Positions 26,401 through 37,277 of a stretch of 64,000 bases of DNA are shown here, piece after piece. The notes below the pieces were generated by a model. That model ran no database searches. It was not told the DNA's origin and saw only the letters and a program-made list of their open reading frames with translations. Location: assembly GCA_030141605.1 (NCBI GenBank), contig JAQGDQ010000302.1:1-64000 (forward strand). The letters run 5' to 3'. The stretch's first letter is position 1. Each line of letters begins with the position of its first letter. Position numbers and translations under genes: made by a program. Source of the DNA: Tubiluchus corallicola (lineage: Eukaryota > Animalia > Priapulida).

Positions 26401-28447
26401 ACGGTTTTTCACTTGATAGTGATGTGTAACGATAATCGCGGAAAAGTGGCACTGAACCACCGCAAATTGATAACAAGTTTTTCTATAAAGTGGCCCACAC
26501 AAAGATATTAAACAATAACAGTTACAATCGCATACGACTGCAAAATAGTAGCTCGTACTTGGCAAAATAGCCTGTTGCTCTCTGCATAATTCTTCTACCT
26601 GTGCGTTTTACTGGAGCATAGTTAGGCAATATGACACTCGTTCTATGAAAAGCGGCCAAGTTATTGTTATAGAAAAAAGTAAGTGCTATCGTGTGTTCCC
26701 TAATTCATGTGTTGTGTAGCAGTTCATTCTTTTGGTGTTCTTTCAGTTTCTTACCTTACCTTAAAGACCCTCTTTACTTAATAAATAAATGAGAAGCCCC
26801 ATTTTGAGCCTCTACGAGCACTAGAACTTCCACAACATTGACTTCTTGTAATCCTTGACTTCTTTATGGAAGCAGCCCGGTAGAACAAATTGCCACCATC
26901 TTAGCCTCTTGGTTCGGACCGTTTCTGTCAATTAAGTGGCATTTCTAAGACCCTGTTAGTGCAAAAGGAAAGCTACAAAAGGAAAATTCTCAGCAGTCAA
27001 TAAACTTATACATATTTTGACACCGTTTTTACTTTTTAGCCTTGGACTTTTTCCAATGATTAAGTGCCACTTTTGCAATGATTTTTAAATGTTGGTGTGG
27101 AATGGAAAACCACGAATAGAATTTTGGGTGTTGTTTTCTTTTCGGAATAATTACCTGCAGTTGACATTGAAGAGGACAATGACATCAGTTTGGTGGTGAA
27201 CACCACGACTTTAATTAGCCAGTAATCCAATTCTGGATACGGGACAGCTCTATTAGGCCCGTGTCACACAAAGCTGGGCATGGTTAGTAATGTATAAGCC
27301 GTAAGGAGCAAAAGTCACCTTACGAAAAACGAACGTATGGTAACCAATGGTTCCCCTCCCTCAGATAACTCATCTTTTGCCTTCCTCGGTTTGCCATCAG
27401 CCATACGCCACGGTAGGCTCCTCACAAGCGGCTCATAAGGCGCCTCATTGCGAAATGAATTTGGCCATTAATCTCATTTGCCATAAGGTCTTTTGGATCG
27501 TTGCTAACACGGAAATTAGCATGTTTCTGGCTTTTACAGTACACATTTCTTTAATATCATTTCATAACAGAACGGTCTCATAAACATTAAAAATAATTTT
27601 TAAGCATGACATTTTACTAGCAATATAATGTGATACGTGCAACGCCACAGAGTAAGGAGCATACCACGGATTGTGACGTACGCTTATGGAAGATGGAAGA
27701 CGCCTTATGGTTTACGGATTACGGATTATGGCTTGCTCTTTACTCCTTCTCTGTGTGACACGGGCCTTAAGACGAAATTGCCAAATGATACGGACCTTTG
27801 AATTAAGTAAAGTGCATGGATTCTTGGACCATTACTGACTCACTAATCTGTTAGTGCCTAAATATTTTACATATCAGTGAGATAATTTTGCAATATCAAG
27901 CACCGACTTTCGTTATCTGATTATTTCAAATCAGCTACTTTTGCTAATAATTTCACGGTATATCAATTATCATGCTGATTTGTAAATCCTGCTGGATCAG
28001 GTAGCTCCTTTATACAGTAGATGAGTCGGGCAAACAATTTACTGTTGGCATATTGTAAATAAGAATGGAATGGCTCAATTTTAGACAGCCATCGTACAAA
28101 GTCAGAGTTGGACGCCGAAGAACACATTTTATATATAAATATTATATAACGCTACAATAGTTAAAAATATGATGATACTAATTTATATTCCCAGAGTTAG
28201 GCAGCTCCATAATAATCCTCAAAGGGAACAAATACTTACATAAGATGAGTGCTGAAATTACGACCAGAAAAAACACGTCACCATTGGTTTTAAGCGTTTC
28301 AACGCTGTGCCATAACTTTACCACGTCCACTTCTGATGTATTCTGAATAACCTCCTCTGGGCTCTCCGTATAATTCGGCATATAAGCAAACATGGTGTTG
28401 ATCCTATCCGCCACACTAGAATCATTTAATACTGAGAGCAACACCAT
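6467..28447 (-). CDS. amt: Ammonium transporter (Amt/Mep family), multi-exon. Core exons: 28240-28447, 23063-23152, 21920-22147, 18670-18758, 17122-17256, 15787-15897, 14961-15083, 13875-14016, 13074-13168, 11826-12090, 6467-6702 (1722 nt, 573 aa without the cassette exons)
   Basis: All introns are GT..AG and phases join in frame. Translation gives Amt motifs [74 protein letters not shown] and [12 protein letters not shown]. The last exon (6467-6702) is supported by its acceptor and phase only. Confidence 0.95.
7541..7609 (-). CDS. amt: Candidate 69-nt phase-1/phase-1 cassette exon B of Amt ([24 protein letters not shown])
   Basis: Flanked by ..acaatAG and GTATGT, open in the Amt frame, same length as copy A. 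Confidence 0.65.
9985..10156. repeat. (CT)n microsatellite (paralogous tract at about 7010-7085)
   Basis: Directly visible. Confidence 0.95.
10454..10522 (-). CDS. amt: Candidate 69-nt phase-1/phase-1 cassette exon A of Amt ([24 protein letters not shown])
   Basis: Flanked by ..ttggtAG and GTATGT, open in the Amt frame, and paralogous to 7541-7609. Confidence 0.65.
16020..16225. repeat. (GGT/GGC/AGT)n trinucleotide low-complexity tract in an Amt intron
   Basis: Directly visible; it accounts for the poly-Pro and poly-Val ORFs. Confidence 0.95.
16560..16830 (+). mobile_element. Possible Penelope-like retroelement 3' remnant with a hammerhead-like motif
   Basis: Decayed GIY-YIG-like tail ([16 protein letters not shown]) followed by CTGAGGA-agatt..aagtC-GAAA-ttttcagt at 16778-16828. 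Confidence 0.35.
18878..20112. repeat. Recent tandem duplication, about 615-bp unit x2 (copies start at about 18883 and 19498); copy 1 begins with a 22-bp inverted repeat
   Basis: Near-identical copies. IR ttattaagaattcatcatgctg (18878-18899) / cagcatgatgaattcttaataa (18999-19020). Confidence 0.95.
20657..21063. mobile_element. hAT-type MITE with TAGGG termini and TTCGA-rich subterminal repeats
   Basis: TIR taggggtgagcat/atgctcaccccta; 8-bp TSD gttcttaa/attcttaa (7/8). A related end occurs at about 48867-48920. Confidence 0.9.
23440..23476. repeat. (TA)n microsatellite
   Basis: Directly visible. Confidence 0.95.
25276..25380 (+). mobile_element. 5S rRNA-derived SINE-like fragment or 5S pseudogene piece
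   Basis: ttaagcaatgctgggcccgggcagtaaatggacgggtgaccg aligns by eye to the 5S internal control region (CTAAGCAGGGTCGGGCCTGGTTAGTACTTGGATGGGAGACCG). A more decayed copy lies at about 52757-52810. Confidence 0.6.
25667..25857. mobile_element. Short degenerate MITE, Harbinger-like termini
   Basis: gcgcgttcagactag / ctagtctgaacaccc inverted pair (13/15); TSD unclear. Confidence 0.5.
27256..27766. mobile_element. PIF/Harbinger-type MITE
   Basis: 15-bp perfect TIR ggcccgtgtcacaca, with a 3-bp TTA TSD on both sides. Confidence 0.9.
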
Positions 28448-29059
28448 CCTCGCAGCTCTTATACTGCGTACGACGCAACACTAAAAGTTGTACATACCTG
28501 GGTTGTGTGTGCGTCAACTTTGCCAAGTATACCGAAGTGTACCCCAGGGTCAATCATGCATGCTTCGCAAACCGTGTGCGAGTCCGGGCATTTAAGTTCG
28601 TCTTGTAGGATAAACAAGTGGAATCATTTATTAAGGGAGACGTGACAGTTTTGACTTTAAAGTTTAGCCGTAGGTCAGATGTCTGTCTGTTTGCACATTT
28701 TTTGCGTTTTCTCACCAGCAATTTCAACGTTTTTTTTCTTGGTGTGACGTGTTAAGTACCCGCTGGAGAGACCGTGCAAAGAATATTTTATTATAACATC
28801 TGAACATAAATTAATTAAAAAACACTATGTTTCAGCGTGACAGCTGGGGCTTAAAGGCCTCTCTGTAAAAGGAGGTTCGCTTCAACAAAATCGCGCCCTC
28901 TTGCAACTATGACGAATACATGAATCATTATTATAATAGTGACGAAATTTTACTTTTAATATTGACTATGATGACCATTACAGTGATAACTAGGAATGTT
29001 TAGATTAGGTTAGATTAGATTAGATTAGTTAGATCATGTTTATTTAGCCTGATAAAGAT

Positions 29060-29152
29060 ATCAAGACTTAACAGGTTTTACTTTTAAAACATGAAGAGTT
29101 TAACAGGTTTTACTTTAAAAAATCAAGACTTTAACAGGTTGTTCCTTTAAAA
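29060..29152. repeat. About 32-bp minisatellite x3
   Basis: ttaacaggttttactttt(a)aaaa repeated. Confidence 0.8.
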
Positions 29153-29619
29153 AAATTAAAAAAACAAATTTAACAATAGGCAAAATTTCAAATACGATAC
29201 AATACAATGCAATGAAACACAACGCAAAACAACACAACACAGCAAAACGAAACACAACATAGCACAGCACTTAACAATACAAGTACGTCAAGTAGTCTTA
29301 TTGCAGCTAAGTTAGATACTACCTAATTGTAAGCTTATAAGATGCTGATATTCAAACTGGCAAAAATAATTATTCTGTTATAAATTTGTAAAAGCTGTAC
29401 TATACATTGTAAATTTTGGCAAGTGATATGACGTCCAAGCTGGCTGAAATACACACCACTAATGGTTAGTGGTGTATACACAAACGCAATTTGTTATTTC
29501 AACATTTGCTAAAAGGAATACGTTTCTATAGTTTGCACTTTCCGTTTCGGGTATTTGTATTCATAGAGACTCGCAAAATAAGTGCAGTGATTCAATTTCT
29601 CCGAATAGCCGTTGTATAC

Positions 29620-29678
29620 TTGTAAAATTCTGGTGAAATATTTTTGTAAATTCGGGTGAAATATTTTTGTAAATTCAG
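29620..29678. repeat. 21-bp minisatellite, about 2.5 copies
   Basis: aaattc.ggtgaaatatttttgt repeated. Confidence 0.8.
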
Positions 29679-30449
29679 AAAACATTTCAGAAATTTTGCA
29701 CAAAACCTGCACATTCGGCCAAGCCAAACTGTATAAGAGTTTCCTGCTTCAATAAAAATTCAATCTCTAGATGATCTTTTGAAAAAATAAACCACGGCAG
29801 ATGAACCAGTTGCTTGATGTACAAGTGGTCGAGAATGATGAAGCCTTGCAGAAATAGGCAAGCAAATCATGTACAAGTAAATAAATGCCTACATAAAAAA
29901 TATGGCCACGACTGACGTCAGTTTCGGACTCTTGAAGGGAGGTCAGCGAGCGTCTGCCTGTGCGGTCCACAATTAGTTGGTCATTTTTTCATGTTTCTGT
30001 AAATTCTCTGATAAAAACCGATATAGAGCTATAAAGGGCTAGCGAATTTGAAACGCTAGCTGCGAATGACTTCGAAGAGGCTTTTGAAAATTAACTGACT
30101 TCTATAACGAACATTCGGGATATTATCTTATGGACAAAGAGTGAGAAAAATCGCTCACACTTTCGACAGGTAAACGCGTCTAGAATTTAGGTCATGTATA
30201 ATATATAGTGAATTGGAAACACTAGCTATGAATAACCTCAGTTTTAAATTTTTGAATCAACTACGAGAGGTTCTGTAGCAATATATTGTACCCTGAACAT
30301 TACTATATAGTTGTAATTGAGAACAAGTTGTAAAGGGATTCATTGGCAATGGTTAGTGCACAATGTCTGTTTGAAATAGGAATTTCAGAGCGTTAGCTCT
30401 GGTCTTGAAAAAAACCGGTCAGTCCGCCACATTTTTTCCAACTTTTTGA

Positions 30450-31090
30450 CTCCAAATGAGTTGAAATAGGCGTAAGTTCAAAAGTATTTATCAAATTGAG
30501 TTGAAAATGGCGTGTTGATTAGACAGCATGACCTTGGTTCAAGGCACAAAAGTTGTCACACTAGTTCGTTAATTAGTTAGAGATGTTTAATTCAATAATT
30601 TTAAATTGATTCACTTCCAAAAATATTTATCCAATTGGAATTTGTTACGATGATTAGCTAGGATTTTCTTTGTTCAAAAAACCAAAAATTTGTAGCAATT
30701 CCTTAATTAGTTAAAATATAAAGCTGTTTAATTTACTAAATTTATACTTATTTAAAGTGCATTTTCTCATGATTTAATTGAGTTGAAATTTGATAGAAGT
30801 TTAGCTAACATGTCCTTATTGAAAAAAAACGTACTGTAGCAATTTACTAATCAGTCAGTTAATCAGAACATTTTAATTCTAAACTGATTTAAATTGCATG
30901 TTCTCATCTAATTGAGTTGAAATTTGCAAGTGATTAGCTAGGATGTCGTTGGTTAAAAAAATGTAGCAATTCGTTAATTAGTCGATTAATTAGAATTGTC
31001 TGATTCTTTTCACATTGGTTTGAAAGTAGAAATTTGGTGCGATGACTAGATGTTGGCGCGAAATAAAAAAACTTGTAGCAATGCGAGAGT
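30450..31090. repeat. Highly diverged tandem array, about 110-145-bp period
   Basis: Recurring tgtagcaatt..taattagt and aattgagttgaaat blocks (about 30691, 30835, 30962, 31074). Confidence 0.7.
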
Positions 31091-31358
31091 GACCTAGATT
31101 TATTTCCTGTTATTTTGAACGTCTTCAAGTTGCATTTTTGAGGATGAATGTGAAAAGATGTACAAAACGTTGATGTTGTCAATGACGCTGGGGGTATTAA
31201 ATCTTTAGATTTTTGCGGCAAGTTGTAAACTAGCTTCATTATAATAAAGATTCGAAACTGCTCATTATTGTGTGGAGATTATGTGCAATGTTTTAATATT
31301 TAATATACTTTTATAATATTTATAGATAAAGCACCACAGAATTTACATAGCTAAAAAA

Positions 31359-31406
31359 TTATGTCAAACGTTTCGACAGAGCTACTGCTGTTATCATCAG
31401 TGATAA
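31359..31406 (-). ncRNA. Minimal type-I hammerhead ribozyme-like motif, possibly degenerate
   Basis: CUGAUGA and GAAA core boxes, 4-bp stem II, palindromic AAACGUUU stem III and short stem I. The closing pair of stem II is an A-C mismatch. Confidence 0.55.
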
Positions 31407-31475
31407 ATTTTTACAAACATACAACCAGTTTATAAGCAGAGCCCACAGTATATCATGCACTAATAATGTATTTAA

Positions 31476-31919
31476 CCCTTTCAGTCCCAAATTATTTTTT
31501 TAATAAGAAAAATTTTTTTGGCTTGGTTGTTCAGTATGTCCATCTTGTTCACACATAATAATAATTTTTTTATACATGTGCCCGCGTGCTAAATATAGCT
31601 TGTATCCCACGGGATACACTGGGATTCATAAAATGTGCTTCATTTTGCAACTGCTGATAATTTTTTAAAGTATCTAAGACATTTAGTATGCATGCTATGC
31701 TGATCTGTACAAAGTCATCTCTAAAGTACTGTACCTTGCGCAGTTTTTTATGCTATGTAGATTTTCTAGTTTGCCATTTTATCGCCATTTTTAGTCTATT
31801 TATTCGCTTAAATCAAAATAACTATTAACAGATCAAATAACTGTCAGTTTTAAAATTTTATTAATTTTAAAGGCAGAAAATATTCTCGTATCCCAGGGGA
31901 TACAACGGGCATGAAAGGG
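31476..31919. mobile_element. piggyBac-type MITE
   Basis: TTAA|CCCTTTCA..TGAAAGGG|TTAA, with internal palindromes gtatccc..gggatac near both ends. Confidence 0.9.
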
Positions 31920-33050
31920 TTAACAGAAGCCAAATAGGTAATGAGCAAACAGACCAGTAGAGAAAGAAATTGATACAGCAACAAATAGTTAAGTGTTTGA
32001 GAATAAAGCTAAACAGATTGAACTGCTTTGTACATTAACAGAAGGCTTATTAGGGTACATAGATAAAGTTTCTTTTATTAATAAGATCCAGTTATTTGTA
32101 GCTCTGGTCACAATGCTGAAATTATTAAAATCACGTTTACAAATATGCTCATTATTGCTGGACTGAGGAGAATTTTTTAATTTTTTGCCAGTTCTAATGA
32201 CTAGAATTAAAAAATGATACATTATAAAACCTATAAATGTTTTTAAGCGCCAGTAATAAAAAAATTGACGTTTATAATAATATTATGGTCGCTCCGAAAA
32301 AATTTCCTTGCGTGAATATTATTTTTTAGATGTGCTCTTGACATACACAACACAGGTACCACTTGAACAGTTTTCCTTGAATAAGTAGCCGCATAAGATG
32401 ATGAAGCTTAGATAACAAACTTTTATGGATGAAAGATAAAATTGTGACATTCACAAGTAAAGTATATTCTATAATAACTAATACAACAATCAAAAGCAGC
32501 TTCAGAAAATGAAAATTCTACAAAAAGCTGTTCAGTGGCGGCTCTAGGTAGTTTGACACTCTAGACAAAGTAATTCAGCGCCTCCTCCTCAAGCCCTTTT
32601 CTGTCGTCACCGGCTTACCACCAAGATTGAATGTTTGTTATAGATAATGTAGTGTTACCCATATGTTAGGCTTATACATATCTTACACATGTATACTGAA
32701 ATGGATGTGCTTGAAAAGAAGAGAGGCTCATGTCACAGTGAGGTCGCACAGTAAAATGCCTCCGAGAAATTCCTTGCGGCATCCTCACGAAATTTCGTTT
32801 TCTATGACGCATTTCACAGTGAAGACGCGCGGCAAAATTCTTTGTGCAATCCTCATGAGTAATTCTGCCGCCGGCTAAAAACTATGCGTCAAAAATTTTT
32901 GAAACCCTAACTCCTCTTTTTCACATCACTTTCACAACCATAACTATAGTCTAATTGCAAATACTTAGCAAATATGTTTGCTGTATAATATCTGCCAGGA
33001 CTCCTGAAGGCTTCGATTTCGTATAAATTTATATATCTACAAGAATTAGA

Positions 33051-33901
33051 CAGAGGCGTATCGACAGGGCCTATTTCAGCCTAAGCGAGGCCCGGGGAAG
33101 TGGGACGTGTGAGGCCTCCTCGGGGGGGGGGGGGTAGAAGCGCCGGGGGCGGGCGCCACCAGGGTTGGCGCCCAGAAAATTTTTGAACTGCTAGAACGCC
33201 GGAGAAGCATTTTCGAAGAGAAAATATGGAGTTATACAGTTGTTAAAGGAAAGAACAATTGAAAGAAAAACTGCTTTATTCTAAAGACCAGTCCTTAATA
33301 CTTGTCAATACTGGCAAATGGCGCTCGTGCGGCAAGAGAGAGAGAGAGGGGGAGAGAGGAGGCAGTATGTTTGCATAAAGCAAAAAAATGTTACCTTGGC
33401 GCGAGGCCCCCTGGAGGGTGAGGCCCCGGGGAAGTATAACCACCCCCCCCCCCACCCCCCTGAAATAGGCCCTGCGTATCGACGCTTTACGACACCCCAG
33501 GCTGATAGTTCTGTCCCGCCCTACTCTATTGTGAATTTATGGTTGTTTATGTAATAAGGAGATATTAAAAAATTACTTGTGGCGTACTAGAAACGCTATT
33601 AATCTAGTTTCTGCATAGTCATTATTAATTACATGTCTTTATATTCAGAGCGCTTATATTCAAGCAGGCAGAGCAACTGCTTGTTGTGAAAATACCTTGC
33701 ACCTGTTCATTAAGTGGCATATATATAAAAGCTGCCAACAGTAACTGCCTGTGGTATGTTATAAAATGCGCCCTTTACATGAATATGAATAAGTATATGC
33801 ATTTTCCGAGGAGAATAAGAATTTTTTACAAAATGTGACGCCTCTCAAATTTTGGCGCCCTAGGCTATAGCCTAGTTAGCCTATTGGCGAATACGGCTCT
33901 G
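33051..33901. mobile_element. Middle hAT-type MITE
   Basis: TIR cagaggcgtat / atacggctctg; TSD gaattaga/gaattagg (7/8). Confidence 0.75.
33065..33474. mobile_element. Inner (youngest) hAT-type MITE
   Basis: Perfect 15-bp TIR cagggcctatttcag and perfect 8-bp TSD cgtatcga. Confidence 0.95.
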
Positions 33902-34656
33902 GAATTAGGTAAATGCCGAACATAAGAAACTTTTTTATTAAGGGAAGGATCTGCTGTTGTTAATAATTAATTTGCTCAGGAGTTGCTTTATAAACTATGT
34001 ATAATAAAAACTATAGGCAAAATTAGGGTAACACGTCAGTAGTGTCAGCCTGAAATATCATAACTCACGGTCTTATAGGAAGCCACTAAAAATAAAATGT
34101 GGAAGTAGAAAATGTTTCGTTACGGGAAGACAGCTCGGTGGTAGCGTGGATGAATTATACGCTTTAGGACTTTCGGGCACGAAAATAATGCTAGAATTTG
34201 GCGCCACTCCCCCTCCCCGTTCAAAATTTGGCGCCCTAGGCAACTGTTAGTTTGCCTAGTGGTTAAACCGGCCCTTGAAGATGTTCCAATAAAGCTGTAG
34301 TAGCATTTCAGGTAAATACTACCAACTGTTTTTCACAGTTGAACAATTAGCCTATAATTGGTTTCAAAAACTATAAGGTTGCGTAGTCAAGAATTCATTA
34401 AGAACATTTTACTTTAATTAATCGTAACTAATTAACAGCAAAACACCTTACGGTATCTCAAATAGTATAGGATTCACCTTATCTTTTCTCTTACTTAACT
34501 CATCTTATCTTAAACTTTATGAACGTAAATTATATCAACTGTTCTGCGGATTTATGTGAAACAATTTTCGATGCCGTTCAGGGTCATATGCTACGTCACA
34601 GCGCATGTGCACCAGTTACTAACTTTAAAAAATGTTTATATTTATACCGTCAGCTG

Positions 34657-35056
34657 ATACAAATACACACTTGAAACACACTCAAAAAGTCACACGTAAC
34701 GTCAGCTACACACAATCGACATAAACATCATTTTGAGAGCGGTTTCTATAGTATCAAAAGCAGGCTTATTGTTTAACATTTAGTTTCTACAAATGGATTA
34801 GCACAGATAAGCATGTGTTTAGACCACTCAAAAATAGTTTTCAGAGTAATTATTCTAATACAAATACACACTTGAAACACACTCAAAAAGTCACGCGTAA
34901 CGTCAGCTACACACAATCCACATAAACCTCATTTTGAGAGCGGTTTCTATAGTATCAAAAGCAGGCTTATTGTTTAACATTTAGTCTCTACAAATGGATT
35001 AGCACAGATAAGCATGTGTTTAGACCACTCAAAAATAGTTTTCAGAGTAATTATTC
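34657..35056. repeat. Recent tandem duplication, 201-bp unit x2
   Basis: Near-identical copies starting at 34657 and 34858. Confidence 0.95.
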
Positions 35057-35859
35057 AAAACAACACGTGATGTGCAGTTAATTAACTACATTTCATTAAG
35101 ACGCGTGTGCTTATAAGTAAAATAGTTTCATGCTTTATATATGTAATGTTAGGCTTATGTGTTCTATCAGTTGATCCATTGATTAATATTATTACAATAT
35201 TTTCCTCATTTTAACAAGTTTACCTTTATTTATGATAATACAACATACTTAAGCAAAATTAAAATATTTGAGCTCACTAATGAACACTTTTCAACATTTA
35301 TTGTTACTGAATTCATTACATTTTAATTGCTATAAAAAGTTTACTGCCAGTTTTTATCCCACAATGTCTATGAACGTACATTTTTCTGGAATTCCTGACC
35401 AGTCTATGAACATTACTAACATTTATAGTTAATTTGTTTGAGAAATAGACGCAGTTTATACAGACAGTGTCTACAAACTAACCTGAATTTTAAGCCTGAG
35501 AGTGTAATATTTTGTCATACTACAAACAAGTTTCTGCTAACAACCATAATAAATTAGAACAACAGTCAAACTTTACCAAATGCACTGTAATACTAGAATT
35601 CAAACGCAAGTCATAAATAAGTTAACTAAATACAGAACTGATGACATACAAGCATGATAAAAGAAGTACATAATAGTTTTTCTTTGGTTAAATCTGCTAA
35701 ACCTCCGAGAGAAAGGTTTACATAACATAATGAGCAATGCGTAGGTATACGTTTGATACATGGTAATACACAAATATATGCAAAGTTTAAAAAGTAGTTA
35801 CCGTAACTTTCAATTTGTTTAGTGTATTTACAGTACAGCATTAATAATTTGTTGAACAT

Positions 35860-36270
35860 GGAGCACCTGTGTGGTCCCCTATTAGAGTGGCTGACATAAA
35901 AATGTTAGAGAAGGTCCAAAGGCGTGCAACTGAGATGCTTCGACATAAAAAGTACACCCAAAGATTGCAAGAGCTTAAACTTTCAACACTTATATACCGA
36001 CGAATTAAGCGTAATGTGATAAATATTCATAACGGTATAGCAAATGCAAACTTTGATTTATTCGTCACTTTTGTGACAAGACATTCATTCCCATAACACT
36101 CATGGAGACAGTCTTTAACTGTATAGAACATCAAGGATTCACAGCAGTATGGACTTGTGTATTTCTTTTGCTATGAGGTGTATTAATGTATGGAATCGAT
36201 TGCCATACCATGTAGTTTCAGCAGCTACTGTAAGCTCATTCAAGAATAGACTAGACAGTCATATGGTTAA
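35860..36270 (+). mobile_element. CR1/L2-group LINE ORF2 3' fragment (decayed)
   Basis: VWSP..DIKMLEKVQRRAT..Y.QRLQELKLSTL..RR, followed by NVWNRLP..VVSAATVSSFKNRLD. Confidence 0.9.
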
Positions 36271-37277
36271 TATTATGAACATTTAGTGTGACAAACCTGT
36301 TTGCAATGACAGGAATTTAATACACAGTTTTGAAAGATATCTAGGCCCACCTGATCAAATAATGAATTTGTGATTAATTGCAACTGAAATGCTAATTATC
36401 ATGACGTGAGACTTAAGATTTTTATATGTCCCACTGTAAAATTTTCAAAATTTTGTTACACATTGTTTTTTATCTTCTGTTTTTATTCTATGGATTTAAC
36501 CCCCCCCCCCTCTCCTCTCTTTCTCACTAATTCTGGCATTTGACGTTAGCTCTGATAAGTTGTTCCAGGATTATTTTACCTGGCCAAAAAGACACACTCA
36601 TTGAAAGACAGATCAGCATCAGAACTCAGATGCAAAATCTAAATAACAAAGAAGCTGGTACTATGAGCTGTCTCAAAGTGCCATCCCAGGACTTTCAAAA
36701 CTTACTGATACTGTCTTCCAGATATACAAAGCAATACTTTGGTACTCACATATTCGTATCTAAAATATCGAATAGCTTTGAGAAGCTATGCAGTCAGGAC
36801 ACAGAAGATGCTTCCACATTCTAAAGTGTCATATAAAAAGGCAGTCACAAATTGACAGCATTCAAATTAATGGTTATTATTCAAATTATTCTAGCTGGCT
36901 ATACTAGTTACTTTGATGACGAACAGTGTCTGCTATCAGGATGTACACACTACTATCAGCAGCCATTGTTTTCCTTCTTTTTTTGTAACTAAGGTCTCTC
37001 CAAAAACAAATCAGCAGCAGCTACGCTGTCATAATTTCTATTCTTAGAATAAATGGGAAGCCCCAATTGGGGCACGTAATCCGTTGATTATAAAAGAACA
37101 GTATAATTAGAAAATGAGCAGCAGCTTCTAAAGATTAAAATTTAGAAACTCCAAAAGGGAGTTTTTGTACAATCAAATACATGAATGATTTAGTTTCCTA
37201 GTGTTAAAGAATCTCTGCATGATCATTTTAGTATTGGTGAATCTCATAATGGAATTTTGACACTCAAATAAAATGCT

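Larger units (their letters stand above)
31359..32222 (-). mobile_element. Penelope-like retroelement 3' remnant (GIY-YIG C-terminus plus hammerhead-like motif), interrupted by a piggyBac-type MITE
   Basis: ORF 31989-32222 ends FSIVTRATNNWILLIKETLSMYPNKPSVNVQSSSICLALF, typical of a PLE GIY-YIG tail. Downstream on the same strand is ttatca-CTGATGA-taACAG..CTGTc-GAAA-cgtt-tgacataa. Confidence 0.7.
32533..34277. mobile_element. Outer hAT-type non-autonomous element (oldest of a nested trio)
   Basis: Degenerate TIR cagtggcggct / accggcccttg; 8-bp TSD aagctgtt/aagatgtt (7/8). Confidence 0.6.

Noticed and set aside
29060-31090. CRISPR-like repeat/spacer arrays
   Set aside because: Eukaryotic context, the repeats are contiguous diverged tandem units without unique spacers, and no cas genes are present.
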